Assembly: GCA_963422365.1 (NCBI GenBank)
Contig: OY729426.1
Span: 64,001-128,000 of the forward strand
Origin: Nitrospirales bacterium
GTDB taxonomy: Bacteria; Nitrospirota; Nitrospiria; Nitrospirales; UBA8639
Length of the DNA stretch: 64,000 nucleotides
Reading direction: 5' to 3'
Notes under the pieces: model-generated
Database searches by the model: none
The model's input: only the letters and a program-made list of their open reading frames with translations
What the model was told of the DNA's origin: nothing
Program-made: the position numbers and the translations under genes
In this document: piece after piece, positions 1 to 11,407 of the stretch
Layout: the number at the start of each line of letters is the position of its first letter
How positions within the stretch are numbered: position 1 is the stretch's first letter

Positions 1-284
1 AAGGCAGAGGCCGATCCACCTTCATAATGAATAATATGAGCTGTTCCTTCCACAAGCACTTCATCTCCCGGACGGGTATGGAGACGAAGGCACAGTTGAT
101 TCGCCATCACCCCGGTGGGCACAAAAAGGGCCGAATCTTTCCCCAACAATCGAGCAGCCTTGGCTTCCAAGGCATTGACCGTTGGATCCTCGCCATATAC
201 GTCATCTCCTACCTCAGCTTGAACCATGGCCTCTCTCATGCCTGGAGTCGGCTTGGTGACGGTATCGCTTCGTAGGTCAATCAT
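1..284 (-). CDS. ltaE: Low-specificity L-threonine aldolase, 5' part (runs off window start)
   Basis: Manual translation from ATG at 284: [40 protein letters not shown]..., the typical LtaE N-terminus; not in the ORF track. Confidence 0.9.
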   Translation of the reverse strand, partial: MIDLRSDTVTKPTPGMREAMVQAEVGDDVYGEDPTVNALEAKAARLLGKDSALFVPTGVMANQLCLRLHTRPGDEVLVEGTAHIIHYEGGSASA

Positions 285-355
285 CGTAGGGCCTCATTGG
301 CAAACGAGCCATGCCATCGAGCACAACGTTCCTTGCTTTATTCTACGGCCGTCCC

Positions 356-1009
356 CTAATGGGAACAAGAAACCGTGCGCCCGATTTTCGATAAAACCAG
401 TTGGATCTCTGTTGCAGAAACAGGTCCTTCACGAAGGATACGTGGCTCATCTACCACACTCAACAGGGTAGAAGGCTGATTTCCTGGAGACGATCCAGTA
501 TCGAGAATCACGTCGACATGCTGGTCCAACGCTGCCTCCACCTCTTCGGCAGTCAAGCAAGGGACAGCCCCGGATCGATTGGCACTCGTTCCTGTTAACG
601 GACCCGTGTGTTGTAATAAAGACCGCAAGAATGACGGCGCAGGTTCTCGAACCCCGATGGTGCCCGTCCCCGCTGTCAAAACAGGAGCGACCCAGGGTTG
701 CGCCGAAAAAATCACGGTCAAAGGTCCAGGCCAAAATTCGTTCACCATCGTGTCGGCCCACGATGGAATGGAACTGGCCAAGGAATCGAGTTGGCTCCGT
801 TCCCCAATCAGAACGAGAAGGGGTTTCCCTGAAGGCCGACTTTTAGCCCTGACAACACGGTCTAGAGCATGAGAAACCGAAACCAACGCAGCTAACGCAT
901 ACGAGCTTTCCGTCCCAACCGCAAGAAGTCCGCCGCGACGAACGAGGTCCACAATCGGGCCAAAAAATGAAGGAGGGGGATCGGAAGGAACTGGAAGGAT
1001 CTTGGCCAT
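356..1009 (-). CDS. tsaC: L-threonylcarbamoyladenylate synthase (Sua5/YrdC family)
   Basis: TESSYAL, KSRPSGKPL, FWPGPLT, GTSANRSG motifs. Confidence 0.85.
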   Translation of the reverse strand: MAKILPVPSDPPPSFFGPIVDLVRRGGLLAVGTESSYALAALVSVSHALDRVVRAKSRPSGKPLLVLIGERSQLDSLASSIPSWADTMVNEFWPGPLTVIFSAQPWVAPVLTAGTGTIGVREPAPSFLRSLLQHTGPLTGTSANRSGAVPCLTAEEVEAALDQHVDVILDTGSSPGNQPSTLLSVVDEPRILREGPVSATEIQLVLSKIGRTVSCSH

Positions 1010-1040
1010 GAGAGATGAGCTTTCACTCGACTGGAAGATT

Positions 1041-2309
1041 TTACGTCAACACTCGTTTGGCAATATCGGTTCGGAAATATTGCCCTTCAAACTTGATGTT
1101 TTTGCCAACTTCATAGGCACGATCATGCGCCGTTCTGAGGGAAGAACCCCAAGCGGTCACCCCTAACACCCGGCCACCAGCCGTCACGATGTCTTGGCCT
1201 TTCCAAGCCGTACCGGCATGAAAGACCGAGACGTGGTCCTGATCGGAAGAGTCAGGGAGCCCGGTAATCGGCAGGTGATGCCTGGACTGACCCGGATACC
1301 CCTCCGAAGCCAAGACCACACAAACCGCCGATTCCTCAGACCATTCGAGATGGACCTGGTCTAAACGATGTTCCACTACCGCTTCCAGGACCTCGGCGAG
1401 ATCTGTTTTCAACAAAGGCAACACCACTTGAGCCTCAGGGTCGCCAAACCTGGCATTAAATTCCAAGACATAGGGCGTCCCCTCTTTGACCATGAGTCCT
1501 GCATACAAGACCCCATAAAAAGGGCTTCCCACACGTGATAACCCTTCGATAGCAGGGTGCAACACGTTTCGCATAATTTCATCGCGTACAGCCAGCGCGG
1601 CCAACGGTGCCGGCGCGTAGGCACCCATGCCACCGGTATTGGGGCCGGTATCGCCTTCCCCCAAACGCTTATGATCCTGCACGGCCAACATAGGCACCAC
1701 GGTTTTCCCATCGGCAAAGGCCATCAAAGTGAACTCCTCCCCTTGAAGACATTCTTCGATAACCACGCGTTTGCCTGCCTTGCCAAAGGCTTGATGCTCG
1801 AGCAGATTGACCACCGCATCCTTGGCGTCCTGCATCGTCCCGGCAACCATTACGCCTTTCCCCTGCGCTAACCCATCCGCTTTGACCACGATGGGAAGCG
1901 AACACCGTTCTAGATATTTGAGTGCAGGCTGAGCACTCTCAAAAGTACACCCGTCCGCTGTGGGAATCTGTTGACGCATCATCAGATTCTTGGCAAACGC
2001 TTTACTCGATTCAATTTTCGCGGCGTTTTTGGTCGGACCAAAGACCTTGAGCTTGCTTTGTCGAAAAAGATCCGCGATGCCCAGCGCTAATGGCGCTTCA
2101 GGGCCTACCACGGTTAAATCGATGTCTTCCTCCTCAGCGAACTTTTTAAGGCCAGCCAAGTCTGTCGCCGAAATCGGCACACAAGTGGCCTGTTGGCTGA
2201 TTCCCGCATTCCCGGGAGCGCAATAGAGCTTGGTCACACGAGGACTCCAGGCGAGTTTCCAGACCAAGGCATGCTCACGCCCGCCACTGCCGATGACAAG
2301 GATCTTCAT
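1041..2309 (-). CDS. purD: Phosphoribosylamine--glycine ligase
   Basis: GSGGREHAL, KADGLAQGKGV, GPNTGGMGAY, EFNARFGDPE. Confidence 0.97.
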   Translation of the reverse strand: MKILVIGSGGREHALVWKLAWSPRVTKLYCAPGNAGISQQATCVPISATDLAGLKKFAEEEDIDLTVVGPEAPLALGIADLFRQSKLKVFGPTKNAAKIESSKAFAKNLMMRQQIPTADGCTFESAQPALKYLERCSLPIVVKADGLAQGKGVMVAGTMQDAKDAVVNLLEHQAFGKAGKRVVIEECLQGEEFTLMAFADGKTVVPMLAVQDHKRLGEGDTGPNTGGMGAYAPAPLAALAVRDEIMRNVLHPAIEGLSRVGSPFYGVLYAGLMVKEGTPYVLEFNARFGDPEAQVVLPLLKTDLAEVLEAVVEHRLDQVHLEWSEESAVCVVLASEGYPGQSRHHLPITGLPDSSDQDHVSVFHAGTAWKGQDIVTAGGRVLGVTAWGSSLRTAHDRAYEVGKNIKFEGQYFRTDIAKRVLT

Positions 2310-2336
2310 AAGTCTCTGACAATCGCGAAGAACGTC

Positions 2337-3893
2337 TTAATGCCGAAAATGCCGCATGCCCGTCATAATCATCGCCACATTCTGCTCATCGGCAGCCTTG
2401 ACAACCTCTTTGTCCCGGATACTGCCCCCTGGTTGGATCACCGCGGTCACGCCTGCCTGAACAGCCGCATCGAGTCCATCCCGGAACGGGAAAAAGGCGT
2501 CCGATGCCATGACGCAACCATTGAGTGGCAGATTGGCTTTCATCTTGGCCAATTTGACGGAATCGATACGACTCATCTGGCCGGCCCCGATTCCAACGGT
2601 CTGCGTGGTATTCGCAAACACAATAGCGTTGGACTTCACGTGTTTACACACCTTCCACGCAAAGGCACAGGCCGCGTATTCGGCATCCGTGGGTTTTCGT
2701 TTGGTCGGAACCGTTAAGGTTTTCAAATCCGTCAGAGCACCAAGATCGCGATCTTGTAAAATCAACCCACCGACAAGCTTTTTCAAATCATAGCCTTCGC
2801 GGGGATGGCGTTCGAGTGAACCGATCGTCAACAACCGTAAATCCTTTTTTCGTTGTAACTCAGCCAGTGCCTCGGCAGCAAATGCAGGAGCAATCAAGAC
2901 TTCGACAAACATGGCGGTCACTTCCTTCGCCATGGCCAGATCAACGGGTCGGTTACAGGCAATCACCCCTCCGAAGGCAGAGACCGGATCGGCTTCCCTA
3001 GCCTTCGTATAGGCTTCGATCAGGGTCGTACCAAGGGCGACCCCACACGGATTATTATGTTTGATGATGATCACGGCCATGTCGGCGAATTCTTTCGCCA
3101 ACTCCAAAGCCGAGTTGGCATCCAGATAATTGTTATAGGACATGGCCTTGCCATGAAGTTGGCAGCCCAGGGAAACCGACGGTTCCGTACTGCCGATTTC
3201 TCGATAAAACGCCCCTTCTTGATGAGGGTTTTCGCCGTATCGCAAAATTTCCGCTCGTTCATACGTCAACGATAATCGTGCCGGAAATTTGTCGGCTGTC
3301 CCACCGGCAGTCTGCTCAGCTAAATAATTGGCAATAAGGCCATCATACCGTGAGGTATGTTCAAACACTTTCTGAGCTAATTCCCGACGAAGCGATAAGG
3401 GGACTGCCCCGGACCCCAATGCCTCCAGCACACGACCATAGTCGCTCGGATCAACCACCACCACGACTTCTTCCTGATTCTTTGCAGCCGAACGAAGCAT
3501 GGCAGGACCCCCAATATCAATATATTCAATGGCATCCTCGAAGGTACATTCCGGTTTGGCGATAGTCGACTCAAACGGGTAGAGGTTGACGACCACCACG
3601 TCGATGGGCACAATCCCCTGTTGCTGCATTTGTCGGACATCATCAGGCCGACTACGCCGCCCCAACAACCCCCCGTGAATCTTGGGATGAAGGGTTTTGA
3701 CCCGCCCTCCCAGAATTTCTGGAGAACCGGTATGCGAAGAGACTTCCGTGACCGGCACTCCGGCCGTGCGTATTGCATTGGCCGTACCTCCTGTGGAAAG
3801 AATTGTGGCCCCAAGTTCGACCAGTCCCTTGGCAAACTCCACAACACCCGTCTTATCAGACACACTCATCAACGCATGGTTCAATTTGCCCAT
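2337..3893 (-). CDS. purH: Bifunctional AICAR transformylase/IMP cyclohydrolase
   Basis: [41 protein letters not shown] at 3893 has an AAGGGG RBS (ORF track starts at 3923). Confidence 0.97.
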   Translation of the reverse strand: MGKLNHALMSVSDKTGVVEFAKGLVELGATILSTGGTANAIRTAGVPVTEVSSHTGSPEILGGRVKTLHPKIHGGLLGRRSRPDDVRQMQQQGIVPIDVVVVNLYPFESTIAKPECTFEDAIEYIDIGGPAMLRSAAKNQEEVVVVVDPSDYGRVLEALGSGAVPLSLRRELAQKVFEHTSRYDGLIANYLAEQTAGGTADKFPARLSLTYERAEILRYGENPHQEGAFYREIGSTEPSVSLGCQLHGKAMSYNNYLDANSALELAKEFADMAVIIIKHNNPCGVALGTTLIEAYTKAREADPVSAFGGVIACNRPVDLAMAKEVTAMFVEVLIAPAFAAEALAELQRKKDLRLLTIGSLERHPREGYDLKKLVGGLILQDRDLGALTDLKTLTVPTKRKPTDAEYAACAFAWKVCKHVKSNAIVFANTTQTVGIGAGQMSRIDSVKLAKMKANLPLNGCVMASDAFFPFRDGLDAAVQAGVTAVIQPGGSIRDKEVVKAADEQNVAMIMTGMRHFRH

Positions 3894-4146
3894 TGTTCGC
3901 CCCTTGATGGTCAATTCAGTCAATGAAAGGAAAAGAGCATGTAAAGCCTACCAAATGCATCGTATCAGCATCAACGAAATGGCACCAGTGCCCCTGTCTC
4001 GGCGACATCCCTGCTTGGAGGCAGAAACGGGCATTATGGCATAGACCCTGATCTTGCTATGATGCACACCGGCGCAACGCCGGAACGAAACGATTCAAAT
4101 GAAGCAATGCGGAAAAGCCAAACACGGCGCCGACAAAGGAACGCTC

Positions 4147-6024
4147 ATGAGCACGAAGCCATCCCCATCCTGGGCTCTAGACCTAGGGGCCAGACTGACC
4201 TCACCAACAACCGTACATTTCAAAGTCTGGGCTCCCACGGCTGAAGCCATGAGCGTGAAAATTCATGCAGCAACTCCTCGAAACATTCCGTTGGCGCCGA
4301 CTCGGCACGGGTATTGGGAGGGAACCGTATCAGAGGCCTCGGCACATGCTCCCTACTCCTATGTGATTAACCAGAACCTGGAACGCCCGGACCCGGTCTC
4401 CCGGTTCCAACCCGACGGTGTGCATGGTCCATCCGTGGTGATCGATCCATTCGAGTTTACCTGGACCGATCACCATTGGAAGGGACTGCCGCTCGAACGG
4501 TTTATTATGTATGAACTCCACGTTGGCACCTTTACGCCGGAAGGAACCTTTGACGCGATCATCGACAAACTTCACTATCTTCGCGATACCGTCGGCGTCA
4601 CGGCCCTCGAATTGATGCCCGTTGCCCAATACCCTGGCGTTCGCAATTGGGGTTATGACGGGGCCTACCTCTTTGCTCCACAAACCAGTTATGGAGGGCC
4701 CGAGGGACTCAAGCGCTTGGTCAATGCCTGCCATACACAAGGCCTAGCCGTGATTCTGGACGTCGTGTACAATCATCTCGGACCGGAAGGCAATTACCTA
4801 GGAGACTACGGCCCTTACTTCACCCATCGCTATCCGACTCCTTGGGGACAAGCCATCAATTACGATGGGCCAGACAGTGATCCCGTTCGACATTTTATCA
4901 TCAGCAATGCCTTGTACTGGATCACCGAATTTCACATCGACGCGCTTCGACTCGATGCCATCCACGGGATATTCGATTTCAGCGCCAACCATATCCTGCA
5001 AGAGTTGGCGGAAGCGGTTCATACGCAGGCAGCGCAAGCAGGGCGAGCCGTTCATGTGATCGCGGAAAGCGACCGGAACGACGCACGGGTCATCACCCCG
5101 ATCACTCAAGGAGGATACGGGCTGGATGGCCAATGGAGCGACGACTTTCATCATGCCCTCCACTGTTTGTTGACCGGGGAAAAAAACGGGTATTACAAAG
5201 ACTTCGGGGACCTTGAACAGCTGGCAACGGCAATCACGGACCGATGTGGTTACTCAGGTCAATACTCGGCTGACAGAAACCATCGTCACGGCAATTTCGC
5301 TCGACACGCTGGCTCTTCTCAATTCGTCATTTTTTCACAGAATCACGATCAAGTCGGCAATCGAGCGCATGGCGATCGACTCTCGACCCTCGTGCCCTTT
5401 GCGGCGCTCAAGCTCGCGGCCGCCGCCGTTCTGCTTTCCCCAAACCTCCCGCTATTATTCATGGGCGAAGAATACGGAGAGACGGCACCGTTTCTCTATT
5501 TTATTGATCATGGGGATCCCGAACTTGTCGAAGCCGTGCGGGAAGGCCGTCAAGCAGAATTTGTCTCCTTCGGGTGGTCTGACGTGCCGGATCCACAGGC
5601 GCCGTCAACCTTCATGCGTTCACATTTACAATGGGATGGGCCACACACAGAAAAATCGCCATCTTTACTGCGGTGGTACCAAACACTCGCGCAATTGAGA
5701 AAATCAGTGCCGGCCCTGGGCCCGGCGCACGAAGCAGACATACTCAACATCCGGTCCGACCGAACGGCGAAGGTGCTCACGATCTATCGAACAGGCCGGT
5801 CGGGTCCGGAGGCGTTGATCATTCTGAGCCTCAACCCGAACACGACAAGTATTTCGTTGAATCAACCGGAAGGTCAATGGGCACTGCGACTCGATTCAGA
5901 CTCGCCGGCATTCGCTGGGAAGCAGGAAATTCTTGCTTTAAATAATCTGACTGTCCCCCATGAAGCACTCTTGCTTCCACTTCCGTCCTACGCTGTCTTG
6001 GTGTATACCAAGCAACCGGGATGA
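4147..6024 (+). CDS. treZ: Malto-oligosyltrehalose trehalohydrolase (GH13)
   Basis: YELHVGTFTPEGTF, RNWGYDG, LRLDAIH, QNHDQVGNR; ATG 4147 follows AAAGGA. Confidence 0.93.
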   Translation: MSTKPSPSWALDLGARLTSPTTVHFKVWAPTAEAMSVKIHAATPRNIPLAPTRHGYWEGTVSEASAHAPYSYVINQNLERPDPVSRFQPDGVHGPSVVIDPFEFTWTDHHWKGLPLERFIMYELHVGTFTPEGTFDAIIDKLHYLRDTVGVTALELMPVAQYPGVRNWGYDGAYLFAPQTSYGGPEGLKRLVNACHTQGLAVILDVVYNHLGPEGNYLGDYGPYFTHRYPTPWGQAINYDGPDSDPVRHFIISNALYWITEFHIDALRLDAIHGIFDFSANHILQELAEAVHTQAAQAGRAVHVIAESDRNDARVITPITQGGYGLDGQWSDDFHHALHCLLTGEKNGYYKDFGDLEQLATAITDRCGYSGQYSADRNHRHGNFARHAGSSQFVIFSQNHDQVGNRAHGDRLSTLVPFAALKLAAAAVLLSPNLPLLFMGEEYGETAPFLYFIDHGDPELVEAVREGRQAEFVSFGWSDVPDPQAPSTFMRSHLQWDGPHTEKSPSLLRWYQTLAQLRKSVPALGPAHEADILNIRSDRTAKVLTIYRTGRSGPEALIILSLNPNTTSISLNQPEGQWALRLDSDSPAFAGKQEILALNNLTVPHEALLLPLPSYAVLVYTKQPG

Positions 6025-6194
6025 TAAAGCGGCACCGCTCCTTCCCCTGCCGTGAATACCTGAGGCAACAGGTACGCCATCCCGAAACTCGGTTCCATTC
6101 GTCTTTCAATCGCCTCGGGGTGTACGGATACGACAGATTCGTTATATACTCTTAGAAAAGAGGAACGACTCACTACGGCTAAGGGTGTTGCCCA

Positions 6195-6494
6195 ATGCCA
6201 TTTACATTCATTGCGACCCTCATTATCGTTTTTTTTACCGTTGCCTTTTCTCTTCAGAATAACCAAACGGTTTCCATTCAGTTTTTCGGGTGGACGTTTG
6301 AAGGGTCACTCGTCTTGGTTTTACTCACCACCCTTTGCCTAGGCATCGTCATTCATATCTTGGCTTCTATGCCGTCTCGCATTCGGAAGTCACGGGAAAT
6401 TGCGGAACTCAACAAACGGATGATGGAACTGGAAGAGACGCAAACACCCGAGGGTTCACCTCTACAGCGTCAACATACACTGTATCCTGACTGA
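6195..6494 (+). CDS. LapA/DUF1049-family small membrane protein
   Basis: Two TM segments around QN..V.IQFFGW, followed by a coiled-coil tail. Confidence 0.75.
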   Translation: MPFTFIATLIIVFFTVAFSLQNNQTVSIQFFGWTFEGSLVLVLLTTLCLGIVIHILASMPSRIRKSREIAELNKRMMELEETQTPEGSPLQRQHTLYPD

Positions 6495-6525
6495 CCCCTG
6501 TAAGAAGGAACCGATAACATCGACT

Positions 6526-7812
6526 ATGGTTGAACAAATGCACCAACGTGTGCTGGCGATGATCATGGCCGGCGGCAAGGGCGAACGCCTGATGCCGCTG
6601 ACCGAACATCGCAGTAAACCGTCGGTCCCGTTTGCGGGCACCTACCGCATCGCCGATTTCGTTTTGAGCAATTTTCTCAACTCCGGTGTCCTCGCCATGT
6701 ATGTCTTGGTCCAATACCGGTCTCAATCGCTCATTGAACATCTTCGCCGGGCTTGGCGGACTGGCGGCCCGAATCGGCACACCTTCATGACGGTTGTCCC
6801 TCCTCAGATGAAGGGCCGTGGGAAATGGTATGAAGGCACAGCGGATGCGGTGTATCAGAACCTGAATATCGTACAAGACTTCGCACCCGATCTCGTGGCA
6901 GTGTTTGGCGCCGATCACATTTACCGCATGGACCTCAGGCAAATGATCCAATTCCATTTGGACCACCAAGCAGAGGTGACCGTGGCTGCACTGCCCGTCC
7001 CCATCCAATCGGCCAAAGGGTTTGGGATTATTCAATCGGAGGCCGAACAGCGAATCATCGGGTTTGAGGAAAAACCTAAAAACCCGAAGCCCATGCCCGG
7101 CAATCCACAAATGGCGTTCTCGTCAATGGGCAATTATCTCTTCAATGTGGATGTCCTGATGAAAGCGCTGAAACTCGATGCGAAGGAGACTGGCTCTCAT
7201 GATTTTGGCCGAGACATCATTCCTGCCCTCATCAAACCATACAAGGTCATGGCTTATAACTTCTTAGACAACGTCGTCCCAGGGATTCACCCCTATGAAG
7301 AATGGGGGTATTGGCGTGATGTCGGCACCCTGGAGGCCTACTGGCGTGCGAATATGGACATTTTGGGTGAACACCCGGTGTTTGACCTTCGCAACGTCAA
7401 TTGGCCTATTATGACGGATGCGTCAGGTGAACCCACAGCCAGTATCGTGCGATCCCAGTTAGATGACACCATGGTGGGCCAAGGGAGTTTAGTCGTGGAT
7501 GCTCGTATTCGACGATCCGTTATTGGCCGCAATGTCAGGATCGGCGAAGGAGCGGAAATCGACGAATCCGTCATTTTGGATGGCACCGTGGTCGGCTCAC
7601 AAGCCAGGCTCAAGGGGGTCATCTCCGATCGGTTTAACCTGATACCGCACGGAACGGTCCTCGGGTATGAGCATATAAAAGATCATGGTCTGCGATATAC
7701 GGTTGATAAGTCGGGACTCATCGTCCTTCCACGAGGACGTTCCTACGGCGGTCGGGCCGTCCCTCCCGCAACCCATAGCGAACCGACCGTCCCCAACCCG
7801 CCCCCATTATGA
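6526..7812 (+). CDS. glgC: Glucose-1-phosphate adenylyltransferase
   Basis: AGGKGERLMPLT..RSKPSVPF, GTADAVYQN, GADHIYRMD, YWRDVGT. Confidence 0.95.
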   Translation: MVEQMHQRVLAMIMAGGKGERLMPLTEHRSKPSVPFAGTYRIADFVLSNFLNSGVLAMYVLVQYRSQSLIEHLRRAWRTGGPNRHTFMTVVPPQMKGRGKWYEGTADAVYQNLNIVQDFAPDLVAVFGADHIYRMDLRQMIQFHLDHQAEVTVAALPVPIQSAKGFGIIQSEAEQRIIGFEEKPKNPKPMPGNPQMAFSSMGNYLFNVDVLMKALKLDAKETGSHDFGRDIIPALIKPYKVMAYNFLDNVVPGIHPYEEWGYWRDVGTLEAYWRANMDILGEHPVFDLRNVNWPIMTDASGEPTASIVRSQLDDTMVGQGSLVVDARIRRSVIGRNVRIGEGAEIDESVILDGTVVGSQARLKGVISDRFNLIPHGTVLGYEHIKDHGLRYTVDKSGLIVLPRGRSYGGRAVPPATHSEPTVPNPPPL

Positions 7813-7900
7813 ATGCCCTGAGCCTCGACAAGCTAAACAACATTTGAGGTTGTTCCTAAATTGTTTCCTGAAGAACATTTCCTGGAGAAAGGCCATCCTG

Positions 7901-10798
7901 ATGCAGGGTTCTCGTTTTCCCCTTTCGACGTACCGACTCCAATTCAACCGGCATTTTACGTTCGCATATGCCGCCACGATGATTCCCTATTTAGCCGACC
8001 TCGGCATTTCGGATTGTTACGCCTCACCCTATCTGCAAGCCTGTCCCGGCAGCCTCCATGGATACGACATCGTGGACCCGACGAAGTTGAACGCTGAAAT
8101 CGGATCAGCCGCCGACTATCAAACCTTTGTCGATGCCTTACACGTTCACCAGATGGGGCAAATTCTTGATATCGTCCCCAATCATATGAACATCACGGGA
8201 TCCTGGAACCCTTGGTGGCAAGACGTGCTCGAAAACGGCCCAGGCTCCCGCTACGCGCATTTCTTTGATATCAACTGGGTCCCGGTCAAGCGTGAATTGA
8301 AGGGAAAAGTCTTACTCCCCATCTTGGAGGATCAATACGGCCTGGTGTTGGAAAACGGCGAAATCACCCTGTGCTACCAGGAAGGTCGGTTTTTTATTCG
8401 CTATTACGAGCATCAGTTGCCCATTGATCCGAGTGACTATGGGCTGATTCTCAAGCATCACTTGGACCCTCTGCTTGAACGGGAGAACGCAGAAACCCAT
8501 CCTGTTCAAGAACTGCAACGCATCATTACGGCGTTCTTGACTTTGCCTAGCCGAAACGATCCGGACCCTGAACGAATCACCATCCGATATCGGGAACAAG
8601 AAACCCTCAAACAGTGCCTGGCCGCGCTCACCGACGACTACCCACCCATAAAGGACTTCGTACAGGAAACCCTTCGGGCTTTTAACGGTACCAAAGGAGA
8701 CCCGCAAGGTTTCAACCTGCTGGATTTTCTCCTTCAAGACCAAGCGTATCGATTGGCATTTTGGCGTGTGGCTGGAGAAGAAATTAACTACCGTCGTTTT
8801 TTTGACATTAACGAACTCGCAGCCATTCGGATTGAAGATCCCGCCGTGTTTCAGCACGTCCACCAATCCATTTTCTCCCTGATTCAATCGGCGGCGGTGC
8901 ATGGTCTGCGGGTCGACCACGTCGATGGTCTCTACGAACCCAAACGATACCTCGAACATTGGCAGGAATGGGCACAACAGGAACTCGGGTTGCCGGCCGA
9001 CACCAAAGGCCGGGCGCTCTATCTCGTGGTCGAAAAAATTTTAGGAAAAGGGGAGCGCCTCTCTGAGGATTGGCCCGTTCACGGCACCACCGGGTACGAA
9101 TTTCTTCACCTACTCAACGCTCTGTTTGTGGATTCTCATAACAAACGAGCCATGGACGCCTTTTATACGAAATTTGCGAGAGATGCGACCACCTTTGAAA
9201 CCCTGGCCTACGAATGCAAAAACTTGATCATGGATACCTCCATGTCGAGTGAGTTAAATACCCTCGGACATCAATTGAATCTTGTATCGGAACAACATCG
9301 CCATTCCCGTGACTTCACCCTGAACAGCCTCACCCATGCCGTCAAAGAAATCATCGCATGTTTCCCCGTTTATCGCACCTACGTGTCTCCACACGGGCAC
9401 GAAGGCATTAACGACCGAGATCGAGCCTATCTGCGGTTGGCGGTGATTCAAGCAAAACGCAGAAATCCTGCGACCAACAGCCAAGTTTTTGATTTTGTCC
9501 AGGACTTCTTTCTCGGGACTCAGGCCAGTCACAGGACGCTTTCCTGGGAAGACGTTCAACCGTTCGTCATGAAATTTCAGCAGACGACCAGCCCTGTGAT
9601 GGCTAAGGGCCTTGAAGATACCGCCTTTTACCTCTATAACCGTTTGATCTCCCTCAATGAAGTAGGCGGAGAGCCCACGCAATTCGGCATCCCCGTTGCC
9701 ACGTTCCATGAACGAATGCGAGAGCGTCAACAACAGTGGCCCCTGAGCCTTTCTGCAACTTCGACTCACGATACCAAACGGAGTCAGGACGTCCGAGCGC
9801 GCATCACTGTTCTATCGGAGTTTCCACAGGAATGGAAAGCGCATGTCAGACGATGGCACCGGCTCAACAAAAACAAAAAACGGCGACTTGACGGCCAAGA
9901 CGTTCCCTCCCGCAATGAAGAATATCTCCTCTACCAGACATTGCTGGGAGCTTGGCCTTTTGCCAGCCTCGACTCCCCCACGTACCAAGATTTCCGCCAA
10001 CGCATTCAGGAGTACATGCTCAAAGCCCTCAAAGAAGCCAAAGTGCATACCAGTTGGATCAATCCACACGATGCCTATGAGCAAGCCGTGGGCCAGTTCA
10101 TTCAGAAACTACTGGAACCTGACCCCTCCAACCAATTTTTAGAATCATTTCTACCCTTTCAGAACACCGTTGCCCGCTATGGAATGTATAATGCTTTATC
10201 GCAAGTGGTCTTGAAAATTGGGTGCCCCGGCATTCCTGATTTTTATCAAGGATCTGAGATCTGGGACTTGACGCTGGTGGATCCAGACAATCGGCGGCCA
10301 GTTGATTATGCACATTTACAAGACCTGTCCAAGGCCATACCATCCGATTGGTCTGAGATTACCGAACCGTTTCTGCAAAACCTTCTAGAATCCTATGAAG
10401 ATGGACGCATTAAATTCTACGTCACCCGTACATTACTCAACTATCGCAAAGCCCACCCTGAGCTTTTTCTACGGGGAGCCTACGACCCCCTTGAAACAAA
10501 CGGCAAAAAACGTCGCTATCTTTGTGCATTTCAACGAACGTGGAAAACTCAAGCGGTGGTCGTGGTCGTACCACGGCTCATCCATGGTATTATTCCAGAT
10601 CCCAATACCCCGGCACTTGGCCACGCCGTGTGGGGAAATACCGGGGTGATACTCCCAAGCAACAGCCAGACCACCCAATACCGAAATGTACTCACAAACC
10701 AACGGATCTTGACACAGACCCGGGCGGCTGACACCATGTTGAGAGTTTCAGAAATTTTTCAACAGCTGCCTATAGCCATAATGGAGCGATTATCATGA
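7901..10798 (+). CDS. treY: Malto-oligosyltrehalose synthase
   Basis: STYRLQF, GSLHGYD, NYRRFFDIN, GLRVDHVDGL, TSTHDTKRS, LVDPDNRRPVDY; start placed at 7901. Confidence 0.95.
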   Translation: MQGSRFPLSTYRLQFNRHFTFAYAATMIPYLADLGISDCYASPYLQACPGSLHGYDIVDPTKLNAEIGSAADYQTFVDALHVHQMGQILDIVPNHMNITGSWNPWWQDVLENGPGSRYAHFFDINWVPVKRELKGKVLLPILEDQYGLVLENGEITLCYQEGRFFIRYYEHQLPIDPSDYGLILKHHLDPLLERENAETHPVQELQRIITAFLTLPSRNDPDPERITIRYREQETLKQCLAALTDDYPPIKDFVQETLRAFNGTKGDPQGFNLLDFLLQDQAYRLAFWRVAGEEINYRRFFDINELAAIRIEDPAVFQHVHQSIFSLIQSAAVHGLRVDHVDGLYEPKRYLEHWQEWAQQELGLPADTKGRALYLVVEKILGKGERLSEDWPVHGTTGYEFLHLLNALFVDSHNKRAMDAFYTKFARDATTFETLAYECKNLIMDTSMSSELNTLGHQLNLVSEQHRHSRDFTLNSLTHAVKEIIACFPVYRTYVSPHGHEGINDRDRAYLRLAVIQAKRRNPATNSQVFDFVQDFFLGTQASHRTLSWEDVQPFVMKFQQTTSPVMAKGLEDTAFYLYNRLISLNEVGGEPTQFGIPVATFHERMRERQQQWPLSLSATSTHDTKRSQDVRARITVLSEFPQEWKAHVRRWHRLNKNKKRRLDGQDVPSRNEEYLLYQTLLGAWPFASLDSPTYQDFRQRIQEYMLKALKEAKVHTSWINPHDAYEQAVGQFIQKLLEPDPSNQFLESFLPFQNTVARYGMYNALSQVVLKIGCPGIPDFYQGSEIWDLTLVDPDNRRPVDYAHLQDLSKAIPSDWSEITEPFLQNLLESYEDGRIKFYVTRTLLNYRKAHPELFLRGAYDPLETNGKKRRYLCAFQRTWKTQAVVVVVPRLIHGIIPDPNTPALGHAVWGNTGVILPSNSQTTQYRNVLTNQRILTQTRAADTMLRVSEIFQQLPIAIMERLS

Positions 10799-11049
10799 CG
10801 GCGTTTCCTTCAGGAGCGATGCATCATATCGGACATCACTCATCTGCAGACAATCCCCTCGTTGATGAAGCCTTGGGCTGGGAAGGGCACGTCAACGTCC
10901 CCCCGTCTCCAATGTTAGCCAAATTGATGCGTAACTGGCCTGAACTGCGAACAGGTCTGGCTTTCAGTATGGTGTTTGTAGTGGGAGCTCTTGTTGGCGG
11001 GACCCTGTGTGCTGCATTAGGTTGCAATAAAAAACTCTCGAACCCGTAA
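10795..11049 (+). CDS. Small hypothetical protein with a C-terminal TM helix
   Basis: ATGA overlap with the treY stop; hydrophobic GLAFSMVFVVGALVGGTLCAALG. Confidence 0.5.
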   Translation: MTAFPSGAMHHIGHHSSADNPLVDEALGWEGHVNVPPSPMLAKLMRNWPELRTGLAFSMVFVVGALVGGTLCAALGCNKKLSNP

Positions 11050-11170
11050 CCACGGCGAGAAGAGGTGCCATACATCACGGCGGCGACTCGTACGAGGGGA
11101 ACGAAGAATAGGACTCAGGATTTTTTCTTCGAAAGACGGAAGGATGAAACCCTTACAATGTGAAGTTTTA

Positions 11171-11245
11171 TGGAGCCGGCGAGTGGGATTGAACCACCGA
11201 CCTGCTGATTACGAATCAGCTGCTCTACCACTGAGCTACGCCGGC
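11171..11245 (-). tRNA. tRNA-Thr (CGT)
   Basis: GCCGGCGTAGCTCAGTGGTAGAGCAGCTGATT-CGT-AATCAGCAGGTCGGTGGTTCAATCCCACTCGCCGGCTCCA folds as a cloverleaf with encoded CCA. Confidence 0.97.
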
Positions 11246-11301
11246 CTTGGAGAAAACATGTTGTGAGTTTGGTGAAAGACGGCTGCTTACGGTACGAGGC
11301 C

Positions 11302-11330
11302 ATCTTATTTTCTGAAATGAGTCGTGTCAA
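11302..11330 (-). promoter_or_regulatory. Sigma70-like promoter for tRNA-Thr
   Basis: TTGACA-N17-TAAGAT on the minus strand. Confidence 0.65.
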
Positions 11331-11407
11331 CTAACGCGATTCAAGGCTGACATCGGGTACCGAGCACATGATTGACAGAATTTTTCCCTCTGCGCGACCG
11401 TGACCAG

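Noticed and set aside
11050..11170. Integration at the tRNA-Thr or tRNA-Cys 3' ends
   Set aside because: No duplicated tRNA 3' end and no adjacent integrase seen
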